64,000 nt of DNA. Source: Euryarchaeota archaeon UBA182. GTDB lineage: Archaea > Thermoplasmatota > Poseidoniia > Poseidoniales > Thalassarchaeaceae. A program made the translations under genes and the position numbers. Numbering within the stretch: the first letter of the stretch is position 1; every line of letters starts with the position of its first letter. The notes below the pieces were generated by a model that saw only the letters and a program-made list of their open reading frames with translations, had not been told where the DNA came from and searched no databases. This document shows, piece after piece, positions 21,410-30,242 of this stretch. Location: the NCBI GenBank assembly GCA_002495675.1, contig DAGH01000001.1, forward strand, positions 50,592 through 114,591, in the 5' to 3' direction.

Positions 21410-22510
21410 TCAGTATTGGTCATAGACTAGATCGAGGGGTGTGTGAACAACCCCGCTTCCCTGGCTGACCTTTCCGATGATCTTCGTGCCGGGGATTCTT
21501 TCTGAGGCCCATTTTTCTATCCCCATCGCTACTGATGGATCCACCACAAGTACCATCCCCATGCCCATATTGAAAACTCGATGCATCTCCCAATCAGAGA
21601 CCTCCCCTTCTGATGCGATCCACTTGAATTCAGGTTGTGGGTCTAGGGGATCTGTGATCAAGAACTGAACAGATTGACTCAACCTAAGGAGATTGGAAAG
21701 CCCCCCTCCGGTTATGTGTGCGATTCCATGTATGCTCTCTCTGTCACAAATCGCCATATCAGTGAATAGAAGCTCTACGATCGGATCGACGTAGATTCTC
21801 GTTGGATTCAACAGGACGCTGCCAAGGTCCCCATGGTCAAACTCAATGGAACGAGACTCGTGCCCGGGGGAGAATGGGCATGGTTCCGTCAGACTCATTC
21901 TGGATTTAGTGACAACTTTTCGAACCAGAGAGAAGCCATTGGAATGAATACCACTACTTGGGAATCCTATCAGAACGTCACCTGGGCGAATATCACTCCC
22001 TGCTATTGCCTTTCCAGCCGGAAGCCATCCGAGTGCAGTCCCCGAGAGGTCTAACTCCGTCACAATCCCAGGCAGAGTTGCAGTCTCCCCTCCCGCTAGG
22101 GTGACGTTTGCACGCATGCAAGCCTCGGAAAGAGACTTCCCGATCCGGCTGTGTGCTTCGTTCGATGGTGCAGGGACGGCGATGTAATCCACAAATGCCA
22201 ATGGCTCGGCCCCGACGCACAAGAGATCATTGACATTCATTGCTACACAATCCATCCCAACACCCTCATAACGGGATAGTGAATTTGCTATCTGTAATTT
22301 CGACCCTACGCCATCCGTCGCAAGTGCCAGCCAATTCGAGCCAAACTCGATTAGCCCTCCGAAACCACCCTGCAAATCAACCGGGGCACCCTTCGTCCCC
22401 TTTTTTCTAGTGGAGTTAGCAAGACTGCTGATTAGAGATGCGACCGCTGATGATTCAGCCTCAATGTCCACCCCTGCACCAGAATAGGTCATTCCACCTT
22501 CTTCGGTCAT
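21410..22510 (-). CDS. purM: Phosphoribosylformylglycinamidine cyclo-ligase (AIR synthetase) PurM
   Basis: MTYSGAGVDIEA..., LATDGVGSKLQIA and the C-terminal AIRS_C pattern. Confidence 0.85.
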   Translation of the reverse strand: MTEEGGMTYSGAGVDIEAESSAVASLISSLANSTRKKGTKGAPVDLQGGFGGLIEFGSNWLALATDGVGSKLQIANSLSRYEGVGMDCVAMNVNDLLCVGAEPLAFVDYIAVPAPSNEAHSRIGKSLSEACMRANVTLAGGETATLPGIVTELDLSGTALGWLPAGKAIAGSDIRPGDVLIGFPSSGIHSNGFSLVRKVVTKSRMSLTEPCPFSPGHESRSIEFDHGDLGSVLLNPTRIYVDPIVELLFTDMAICDRESIHGIAHITGGGLSNLLRLSQSVQFLITDPLDPQPEFKWIASEGEVSDWEMHRVFNMGMGMVLVVDPSVAMGIEKWASERIPGTKIIGKVSQGSGVVHTPLDLVYDQY

Positions 22511-22559
22511 GATTCACCCCAGTGTGGCAGGTTTTTGATACCATCTCTGCGTGTTGGCT

Positions 22560-22709
22560 CATCAATGTGGAGGTGGAAAACATTGGTAGGATTTTGTCCT
22601 ATAATTATTATATTTCGAGTAAATTGGTGCAAATATGTAGAATAAATACGGGGAGAGGATCTAAATAGAGACTATTAACTCAGAAGTATGCTAGGAGCGT
22701 GGATACGCT
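22560..22709. promoter_or_regulatory. AT-rich divergent intergenic region (purM <-> ABC substrate-binding gene) with several TATA-like elements
   Basis: Strings ataattattatattt, aataaata and actattaact, in contrast to the GC-rich flanks. No transcription start can be assigned by eye. Confidence 0.3.
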
Positions 22710-23882
22710 ATGAGAACAATGAAGTTAATTGCAACAATGATGACACTGAGCATGCTTGCAGCAGCCTTTGCTGGATGCCTCGGTGGAGATGATGATGAAG
22801 ACGAAAAGACGACTGTGAAGATCGGTTTCCTCAACCCGATCACTGGACCACTGGAGCCGAATGCTCCCGTGTTCACGTGGAGCGCGAACGAGGCAATCAA
22901 TGATCTGAATGCCATGTACGCTGACTACAACTTTGAGTTGATAGAGCAGGACTCCGGATGCGACGGTGCCGTGGCCGGCCCCGCTGCTCAGACCTTGGTT
23001 GACTCCGGTGTCTACGCTGTTGTGGGCGCGGCTTGCTCCGGTGCCTCGATGGCTGCCAACGGTGTGCTATCCGCTGCTGGGATCCCGATGATCTCCTACG
23101 CGAGCACCAACCCAGGCCTTTCGGACGCATCCGCATACCCGATGTTCTACAGGAACGTGCCAAGCGATGCAATCCAGGGCCCAGCAGGCGCTGATATGAT
23201 GAGAGACGCAGGCGTCGCAGACGGAGCTCTTGCAGTCTTCGGCATGACCAACGACTATGGCGCCGGACTCGCTGACGCTGTTGTCGATGCATGGGGATCG
23301 GACAAGCTATGTGACGTCGGTCGCTATGACTACGCTGAGACGGACACTGACTTCTCGGCAATCGCCGACCAGATGGCTGCCTCCACAACCTGCACTGCCG
23401 TTTACCTGTCATCCTACATCGCTGACGCGGCCCTAATCATCGAGGCTCTCAACGAAGCAGGATGGTCCGGGCACATCTTCGGCGGGGACGGCCCTGCTGG
23501 CGAGGGAATGTACGATGAGATGGAGGACGACTCCCTACTCAACGGCATGACCGTGACCCAGCCACGCGCTGGATCGAGCTTCGGCGACTTCAGCGAGCGC
23601 TATGACGCAAACGCGCCATCCGGTGGCATCAAGGCATACGACCTGACCACCTACGATGGTGTCATGATGGTCGGCATGGCTGCTGTGAACCACAACGGCG
23701 TGTCAGCCGATGAGGGAATCAAGGCTACCGGTAACGGATACGAGGGCGCCTCTGGCGTCATCAACTTCCTCGACAACGGTGACATTGGTGGCAACGGATA
23801 CGACATCTGCTCGTACGATGGTGTCGACCAATACACCTGCTCGAAGTACTGGACAGCCGAGGGCGGCGTCGCAACCGCCTGA
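22710..23882 (+). CDS. ABC transporter substrate-binding lipoprotein, type-I PBP (LivJ/LivK-like, amino-acid/amide family)
   Basis: Signal peptide plus lipobox LAAAFAGC, then an acidic linker. VKIGFLNPITGP and GAACSGAS patterns match the Leu/Ile/Val-binding protein family. It heads a liv-type operon. Confidence 0.8.
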   Translation: MRTMKLIATMMTLSMLAAAFAGCLGGDDDEDEKTTVKIGFLNPITGPLEPNAPVFTWSANEAINDLNAMYADYNFELIEQDSGCDGAVAGPAAQTLVDSGVYAVVGAACSGASMAANGVLSAAGIPMISYASTNPGLSDASAYPMFYRNVPSDAIQGPAGADMMRDAGVADGALAVFGMTNDYGAGLADAVVDAWGSDKLCDVGRYDYAETDTDFSAIADQMAASTTCTAVYLSSYIADAALIIEALNEAGWSGHIFGGDGPAGEGMYDEMEDDSLLNGMTVTQPRAGSSFGDFSERYDANAPSGGIKAYDLTTYDGVMMVGMAAVNHNGVSADEGIKATGNGYEGASGVINFLDNGDIGGNGYDICSYDGVDQYTCSKYWTAEGGVATA

Positions 23883-23916
23883 GTCTAAGATCAATTAGAT
23901 CTGGGAATTACGCAAC

Positions 23917-23950
23917 GCGCCGTGGTGGGCAATCCTGCCTACCACGGCGC
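23917..23950 (+). promoter_or_regulatory. Intercistronic stem-loop (15-bp stem including one G-U pair, 4-nt loop) directly after the substrate-binding gene
   Basis: gcgccgtggtgggca-atcc-tgcctaccacggcgc. It begins 35 nt after the stop at 23882. No oligo-T tract follows. Confidence 0.5.
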
Positions 23951-24016
23951 TTCACCTAACCCTTCTAGCCGGAGTGCCGGCTCCATTCCACAGAAGCCAG
24001 ACATCGGGGACGAAGC

Positions 24017-27000
24017 ATGACGCCACTCGAAAATTTTCGGAGTCGGTGGAGTCAACTCGAGAGATGGAAGCGCCGGTTGTTGGTCTCAGCATTCTTCTTC
24101 ATGGAGTCCACGGCTGGATTGCTGCGACAGTTCGGGGTATTGAACGGCATCGATCTCCTGTTGTTCGACAGCTTGCCAACAGACCTCGTCTGGCTACTCC
24201 AGACCTTCACCCTCATCTGCGTCGGATTCGGGCTGGTCAAGATCGCTTTCGATGACCTCAGTCCGGGCTGGATGCGCTCCAGTGTAATTGCCACATCCCC
24301 CATTCTTCTTTTCCTGTACGTCATTATGTCCCTCCACATCCTCTTGTTGGGGTTGGAAACATCCGCAACGGTATTGATCGACGTAGCATCGTTGGGGACG
24401 AATACCCTGACCTGGTCCTCGACCTACCTCTCGATCGCGGTCGGTCTTACCCTGACCTACAGCGTCCAGAGGTACGGGAACTTTGCACAGTCTGAGTTCT
24501 TCATGATAGGAATGTACGTCGGCGTGGCCTTGATGTGGACAGACTGGTTGTTTCCCCTGAACGAAATACCCTCAGACGGCCATCTCTCTTGGACCCTCTT
24601 CCTGTGGATGCTCTTTGGGGCATTCATCCTAACCGGTATAGCCGGCGTCATAATCGATCGGCTCGTCTACAAGGGCTTCAGGGACCGGAAAGCATCCCCA
24701 GACGTCATGATGATCGCCTCCCTGGGAGTCGCATTGGTCCTCAGGGCACTCACATATCTAAGATTCGGTGGCTCCACGCAGAGATTCGTCCCTGATGCGG
24801 ATTGGATGAGAGGAAGCCAATCATTCGAGTTCCCCACGGTACTCACTCGCCTCAACCTAGGTAAGAGGGACCTGGAGCCAGATGAGGTCTACACCTCGAT
24901 TGACTGCACTGAGTTGGATTCTATACCAGCAGTCGATATCATCACCTCTACGTGCGAGGGGGCAGCTCAGACCACGAACTACGCCTACAACAACGCATTC
25001 TTGCCGATTGTCAGCTTCGCAACGGTGTTCATCCTACTCGCCATCCTAACGAGGACCCGCCTCGGTAGGAGGATGAGGGCAGTCGCGGACAACCCAGAGC
25101 TGGCAGCCAGCAGTGGAATTAACGTCGAGAGAGTCCACATGACGAGCTCCTTCCTTTCCGCTGGAATATCCGGTGTCGGGGGCGGCATTTTTGGCATAAC
25201 TCTGCTCTTCAAGCCCATCACGGCATTCTCCCTACTACTCCCCTCTTTCGCAGTCATAGTGCTCGGGACCATCGGATCCCTACCGGGTGCGATAGCCGCA
25301 GCGGTCATTATCGGGTTCGTCCGGGCAGTTTCAGGTCCGGTCTTGATCGGTATAGGGAACCCAATCGGACGGTCTGGATACAGCGCCTTGGCCGAAGTGA
25401 TGCCCTACGCAATCATAATTGCAATACTCCTCATTGTTCCAAAGGGTATTGGCGACGCATATGACCGTTGGAAAATAGAGCGTCTCCGTGACAGAGCCAA
25501 GTCCACGAAGCCCCCAGATCACCGCCTTTCAGCCATCCTAGGACTCCTACTCGGCCCCCTAGGAGCACACCATTTCCACCAGCGCAGAGCCGGACGCGGA
25601 TTCAGCACACTTCTCGTGACATCCCTCGCCTTCTTCATCGGCAAAGCAACATCATTCATCCGAGACCACTCCTACCCAGCCGGCTCAGTGGTTGCCCCTG
25701 ATAGCGTGGATCCGGGGATAGCGGCGCAATGGGTGTCGCTCATCGAGACTGAGCAATCAGTAATATCCCTGATGGGGACTATTGGCGACATACTTTGGCC
25801 TTGGGTGCCCCTGTTGATATGGGCATTTTGTTTGTATGAGTCCTACTTGATCGCCAATCAACGATACAAAGACCCCATTCAGACACTCAAGGCGAGGTAC
25901 CACTCATTACTCTCCAGCATATCCACTTCGAGAGCCACAACTCGAGAAAAGGGCGACTCACCGATACTGAGGGATAGGATCGAATCACTCAGAACCAATC
26001 TCGACTACAGGCTTACGACCAGAACAACCTCCATCGGAGTTTGGATGGGAGAGAGATCCACAATTCATATGGAGAGAGTTGGGCTCACACAGGGGAGGAG
26101 AACCGAGGCTGGATCGAAATCTGCCTTCAGGATACTGATGGCGGTGCTCCTGCTCTTCGTGGTCTGGCTACCTGTGGACCCAGCCTCCAACTTCATGTTC
26201 GCCAAGACCCTCCAGGTGTCCAACTTGGTGACCTTCCTCTCAATCTACCTCATACTGTCCCTCTCGCTCAACTTGTCCACTGGGTACACAGGGCTGTTGA
26301 ACTTCGGTGTGATTTTCTTTGCGTCCATTGGGGCCATCGGAGTTGGAGTACTTACTGCCCCGAGCGACGTGGCGGGATATGGCTGGCCAATCATCCCGGC
26401 CTTGATATTCAGCATGATCGTAGCAGCCATATCTGGTTGGCTACTGGCCCTCCCGACAGCTCGGTTGAGGGGCGATTACTTCGCCGTTATCACGATCTCC
26501 CTGGGCGAGGTTGTCAGAATCCTCCTGTCGGGGGAGCCCCTCTTGAAGACCGGCACCACTCAGGGTGCCATAGGGGTTCAGAGGTACCCCCAGCCCCTCG
26601 AGGTGTGGTGGTTCTGCGGCCGTGGCAGCAAATTAGACGCCAACGGCGTGGAGCTCTCGCCCTTCGCGTGCAAGAGCGATGAGACCATTGACAGCGTAGC
26701 CAGGACGATTGGCGAGATCCTCAACTTCGGACAGCCCGCACCCTACTACCTCCTCCTGGCGATCATGGGCCTGATTTGCGTTGCAATCGTCTGGCGAGCC
26801 CTCACGATGCTGTACTCTTCACCGTGGGGCAGGATCCTCCGATCGATCAGGGAGGATGAGGACGTCGCACAGCACCACGGCCACGACGTCATGACCCACA
26901 AAGCCTCGGCACTCGCCGTCTCTGCCGCAATCGCAGCATTCGCTGGAGCATTGTTCGCGTGGTACCTCGGCTCCCTGCAACCCTCATTCATGCAACCCTC

Positions 27001-27496
27001 GAGAACGACATTCCTTGTCTGGGCAGCCTTCGTCATCGGAGGGGCGGGGAACAACAGGGGCATGCTTGTCGGAGCGATGATCATCACCTTGAACGAGTTC
27101 GTCATCAACAGACTCGTGGCAGCCCAGTCAAGCTCGAGCCAACCTCTTCACGAACTCGCTGTATCCATCGACACCGTTTTTGCATGGCTCGTCTCAGAAC
27201 CACTCCAAGTCGCCCTGCTTATGTTGACAGTATCCGTCATCGGGTATCTCTTCAAGAGGAACGCCATTGCCGAGTCGTCTGCATGGATGGGTTCAGTGTT
27301 CTTGCTGATGGTATGGCTCCTTCACCAGCGATCCATCGACGAGGTCTTCAGGGGCGACATACAAGTCAACCTCGCTTACGTCAAGGTGTTGATCATTGGC
27401 CTCATCATCGTGATATCCCTGAAGTTCAACGAGAGGGGCCTCCTCCCAGAGGTGCCATACCGGCCTGAAAGGCCAAGCAGAGGTGATCCGTCGTGA
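24017..27496 (+). CDS. Fused branched-chain-amino-acid-type ABC permease (LivH-like plus LivM-like) with a TM2-like domain in the linker
   Basis: A 1159-aa polytopic protein. The LivH-like half includes RLGRRMRAVADNPELAASSGINV. The LivM-like half includes RLRGDYFAVITISLGEV and WGRILRSIREDEDVAQHHGHDV. The linker contains LSAILGLLLGPLGAHHFHQRRAGRGFSTLL (TM2-domain pattern). Confidence 0.8.
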   Translation: MTPLENFRSRWSQLERWKRRLLVSAFFFMESTAGLLRQFGVLNGIDLLLFDSLPTDLVWLLQTFTLICVGFGLVKIAFDDLSPGWMRSSVIATSPILLFLYVIMSLHILLLGLETSATVLIDVASLGTNTLTWSSTYLSIAVGLTLTYSVQRYGNFAQSEFFMIGMYVGVALMWTDWLFPLNEIPSDGHLSWTLFLWMLFGAFILTGIAGVIIDRLVYKGFRDRKASPDVMMIASLGVALVLRALTYLRFGGSTQRFVPDADWMRGSQSFEFPTVLTRLNLGKRDLEPDEVYTSIDCTELDSIPAVDIITSTCEGAAQTTNYAYNNAFLPIVSFATVFILLAILTRTRLGRRMRAVADNPELAASSGINVERVHMTSSFLSAGISGVGGGIFGITLLFKPITAFSLLLPSFAVIVLGTIGSLPGAIAAAVIIGFVRAVSGPVLIGIGNPIGRSGYSALAEVMPYAIIIAILLIVPKGIGDAYDRWKIERLRDRAKSTKPPDHRLSAILGLLLGPLGAHHFHQRRAGRGFSTLLVTSLAFFIGKATSFIRDHSYPAGSVVAPDSVDPGIAAQWVSLIETEQSVISLMGTIGDILWPWVPLLIWAFCLYESYLIANQRYKDPIQTLKARYHSLLSSISTSRATTREKGDSPILRDRIESLRTNLDYRLTTRTTSIGVWMGERSTIHMERVGLTQGRRTEAGSKSAFRILMAVLLLFVVWLPVDPASNFMFAKTLQVSNLVTFLSIYLILSLSLNLSTGYTGLLNFGVIFFASIGAIGVGVLTAPSDVAGYGWPIIPALIFSMIVAAISGWLLALPTARLRGDYFAVITISLGEVVRILLSGEPLLKTGTTQGAIGVQRYPQPLEVWWFCGRGSKLDANGVELSPFACKSDETIDSVARTIGEILNFGQPAPYYLLLAIMGLICVAIVWRALTMLYSSPWGRILRSIREDEDVAQHHGHDVMTHKASALAVSAAIAAFAGALFAWYLGSLQPSFMQPSRTTFLVWAAFVIGGAGNNRGMLVGAMIITLNEFVINRLVAAQSSSSQPLHELAVSIDTVFAWLVSEPLQVALLMLTVSVIGYLFKRNAIAESSAWMGSVFLLMVWLLHQRSIDEVFRGDIQVNLAYVKVLIIGLIIVISLKFNERGLLPEVPYRPERPSRGDPS

Positions 27497-28284
27497 AAAC
27501 ACCCGCCCTGCGTGTCGATGGCCTCAGAAAGGAGTTCGGTGGACTCGTTGCCGTAAAGGATGTCTCGTTTGACGTTCAAGAGGGCGAATTCGTCGGTCTG
27601 ATCGGCCCAAACGGATGTGGTAAATCCACAACCTTCAATTGCATCTCGGGACTACTAGACCAGACCGAAGGCAGTGTTGAGGTCTTTGGGACCGATGTTT
27701 CGAAGATGCGGCCGGACCAGATCCAGAACCTCGGAATGACAAGGACGTTCCAGCATACTAGGCTCTGGCGTGAGATGACCGTCATTGAGAACCTACTTGT
27801 CCCCCCGAGGAATCAGTTCTCACCAAGTTTCCTCGACGTAGTAAGGTCAGGTCGCTCACATCCGTCTGAGGTCGATAGGCTCGAGAGGGCGTTCCAGGTG
27901 CTCGACCTACTTGAGGTCCCTCACATGGCGAACAACCTCACCAGCGAGCTCTCGGGCGGCCAGAGCAAACTCGTCGATATCGGACGATCGATGATGGGGG
28001 AACCACGCCTCCTACTCCTCGACGAGCCCGTCGCGGGGGTAGCAGGACCGTTGGCGATGAAGATATTCTCGAATCTGCGAAAAATTGTCTCGGAGACCGG
28101 AATCTCAGTACTGATTATTGAGCATAACATGGATTTCATCTTGAGACAAGGCGTCGATAGGATAGTTGTCATGAACGAGGGTGAGATACTCATGGTTGGG
28201 ACACCGGATGAAGTTAGGTCAAACAGAGCGGTAATAGAGGCATATCTTGGATCAGATGGCCGAGGCGGGGGTGTCGAGAATTGA
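27493..28284 (+). CDS. livG: ABC transporter ATP-binding protein, LivG-like
   Basis: Walker A GPNGCGKST, signature LSGGQSKLVD, Walker B LLLDEP. It overlaps the permease stop by 4 nt. Confidence 0.85.
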   Translation: MKTPALRVDGLRKEFGGLVAVKDVSFDVQEGEFVGLIGPNGCGKSTTFNCISGLLDQTEGSVEVFGTDVSKMRPDQIQNLGMTRTFQHTRLWREMTVIENLLVPPRNQFSPSFLDVVRSGRSHPSEVDRLERAFQVLDLLEVPHMANNLTSELSGGQSKLVDIGRSMMGEPRLLLLDEPVAGVAGPLAMKIFSNLRKIVSETGISVLIIEHNMDFILRQGVDRIVVMNEGEILMVGTPDEVRSNRAVIEAYLGSDGRGGGVEN

Positions 28285-29000
28285 CGCGTGTATTGGATGT
28301 CAAGGGCCTCACCGGCGGTTACGGATCTGTGCAGATACTGTATGGCATCGACATGCACATCGATGAGGGCGAATTCGTAACAATAATCGGCCCAAATGGA
28401 TGTGGGAAGTCCACGTTCATCAAAGCCATATTCGGTATCGCTGATTACTACGAGGGACAGGTAAGTTACAAGGAGAGGAGAATCTCTGGGATGCGTACCG
28501 ATCAGTTGGTTAATCTGGGCATTGCATATGTTCCTCAGGTAAACAACGTCTTCCCATCGCTCTCCGTTGAAGAGAACCTCCAGATGGGGGGAAACTCACT
28601 ATCTGGGAACATCCTCTCTCAACGCATCGAGCGAGCCTTGGACATGTTCCCTGACCTCCAATCTAGGGAACATGACTTGGCAGCATCCCTCTCAGGGGGA
28701 GAACGCCAGATGCTAGCAATTTCACGGGCCCTCATTTCAGATCCAAATTTCCTGTTGTTGGACGAGCCTACGGCTGCACTCTCGCCGTTGTACCAACAAC
28801 AAATCATAGAGAGGATTGACGCCCTCAGGGAACAGGGGATAACCGTACTAATCGTCGAGCAGAACGCGAGATTGAGTCTTGCCAGATCCGATAGGGGCTA
28901 TATCATGTCCAATGGCAAGGTCGTCCACACAGGGGATGCGAAGGACATTTTGTCCGACCCGGAAATTGGGAAGTATTTCCTAGGCACTCATGACGATTAG
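28281..29000 (+). CDS. livF: ABC transporter ATP-binding protein, LivF-like
   Basis: Walker A GPNGCGKST, signature LSGGERQMLAI, Walker B LLLDEPT. It overlaps livG by 4 nt. Confidence 0.85.
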   Translation: MTRVLDVKGLTGGYGSVQILYGIDMHIDEGEFVTIIGPNGCGKSTFIKAIFGIADYYEGQVSYKERRISGMRTDQLVNLGIAYVPQVNNVFPSLSVEENLQMGGNSLSGNILSQRIERALDMFPDLQSREHDLAASLSGGERQMLAISRALISDPNFLLLDEPTAALSPLYQQQIIERIDALREQGITVLIVEQNARLSLARSDRGYIMSNGKVVHTGDAKDILSDPEIGKYFLGTHDD

Positions 29001-29606
29001 TCAGTCAAGTACCATGGAGACAAGATCCCGCAGTAACTCTAGACTCTCTCCCAACCTATGTCCATCGTCGACCTCTACGATTTCGACGAATGGTGAGGAT
29101 CTCATGAACACTCGAGAACTTTCGATCGGCACCACATCATCCAGTAGTCCATGTAAGATGACCGTCCTATGATTCACCTCAGGCCAGCCCAAACGACGAG
29201 CGTCTTCCATGAATGTCCATGGAATTGATACATCTTCGTCCCAGCCTAGCGGATGGAAGGTTTTGATCCCGACTTTCTTCCACTCCCCTAGTTCAGAATC
29301 ACCGATTTGCTCCGATAAGGTGTCATACACTCCAAAAGCAGGTGCTAAGAGGACTAACCGCAGGTCTTCTGAATACTCTTTCACCGCATTTGCAATCGCA
29401 AGCCCACCGAACGAGGATCCCATCAGTACATCAAAGGGACCATCATTGTCGATGGCCTCTCTCACGGTCTTGACCTGGGACGACAATTCCCACCCGTTTC
29501 GCCTCATTTCCAGACTGGTAACTTCCCACCCCAGTTCATTTTGCATGTATTGTGGCTTTGTACCATCTGGGAAGCTCCACAGCCCATGACAAAACAACAC
29601 GCGCAA
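29001..29606 (-). CDS. Small alpha/beta-fold hydrolase (YqiA-like esterase)
   Basis: MRVLFCHGL..., nucleophile elbow LMGSSFGG, and distal DD..P....H. Confidence 0.6.
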   Translation of the reverse strand: MRVLFCHGLWSFPDGTKPQYMQNELGWEVTSLEMRRNGWELSSQVKTVREAIDNDGPFDVLMGSSFGGLAIANAVKEYSEDLRLVLLAPAFGVYDTLSEQIGDSELGEWKKVGIKTFHPLGWDEDVSIPWTFMEDARRLGWPEVNHRTVILHGLLDDVVPIESSRVFMRSSPFVEIVEVDDGHRLGESLELLRDLVSMVLD

Positions 29607-29618
29607 GTTCCGACCTCC

Positions 29619-30149
29619 TTATGTTTGATCGAATTCAAGCCCAAGGAGCTCGACCCCCTCCAACGGGCAACGGGTCATCGAAGCATGCTTCATCACTCTA
29701 ATGTGGATTTCTGCAACAACATGCACTGTCGATTGAAACATATGTCCGGCATGAACATTATTGTCATCATCCGACCAACAACAGTGTATGTGGGTGAACG
29801 CCTCTCCAGATTGCTTCCTAGCCACATTCCCGGATAAGCTAACTAATTCGGAAGGCTGGTCCAACATTCGCCTCTGGTACACGCCATCCTCATCCATGAA
29901 TCCATACAAGTTGCCTCGAGTTCGGCCTATACCGCTTGTGATGGCAGCGGCATCGAACCCTAGATCATCTGCTAGTATCTTCAAGGCAGCATGTATCTCT
30001 TCGCCGGGATCGAGCCTAACGAACAGATCACTATCAGAGCGAGTGTAATCCACGACACCACGAGTATGATCAAGTCCCTCAAGTTTCCCCACTCGGAGAA
30101 CAAGTGAAATTCCTGCAAAAGAAGACAAAGCGAATTTGAGTGAATGCAT
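29619..30149 (-). CDS. PPC/DUF296-domain protein
   Basis: FVRLDPGEEIHAAL...ITSGIGRTRG...LVSLSGNV...HIHCCWSDDDNNVHAGHM fits the PPC (DUF296) fold pattern. Confidence 0.6.
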   Translation of the reverse strand: MHSLKFALSSFAGISLVLRVGKLEGLDHTRGVVDYTRSDSDLFVRLDPGEEIHAALKILADDLGFDAAAITSGIGRTRGNLYGFMDEDGVYQRRMLDQPSELVSLSGNVARKQSGEAFTHIHCCWSDDDNNVHAGHMFQSTVHVVAEIHIRVMKHASMTRCPLEGVELLGLEFDQT

Positions 30150-30242
30150 GCTTCTCCACCGGAAACAAGGGGGTGTAGGAACCTATCCGGTTTCTTCATA
30201 GGCCTCCAGCGCTGGGAACGAAAGACCGACCGAGGAAACCAC

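Noticed and set aside
22897-23412. A 171-aa Arg-rich minus-strand ORF, together with the 213-aa alternate-frame ORF at 26041-26682.
   Set aside because: Both lie inside well-supported liv-operon genes. Their extreme Arg/Pro/His composition is typical of out-of-frame translation of GC-rich coding DNA.
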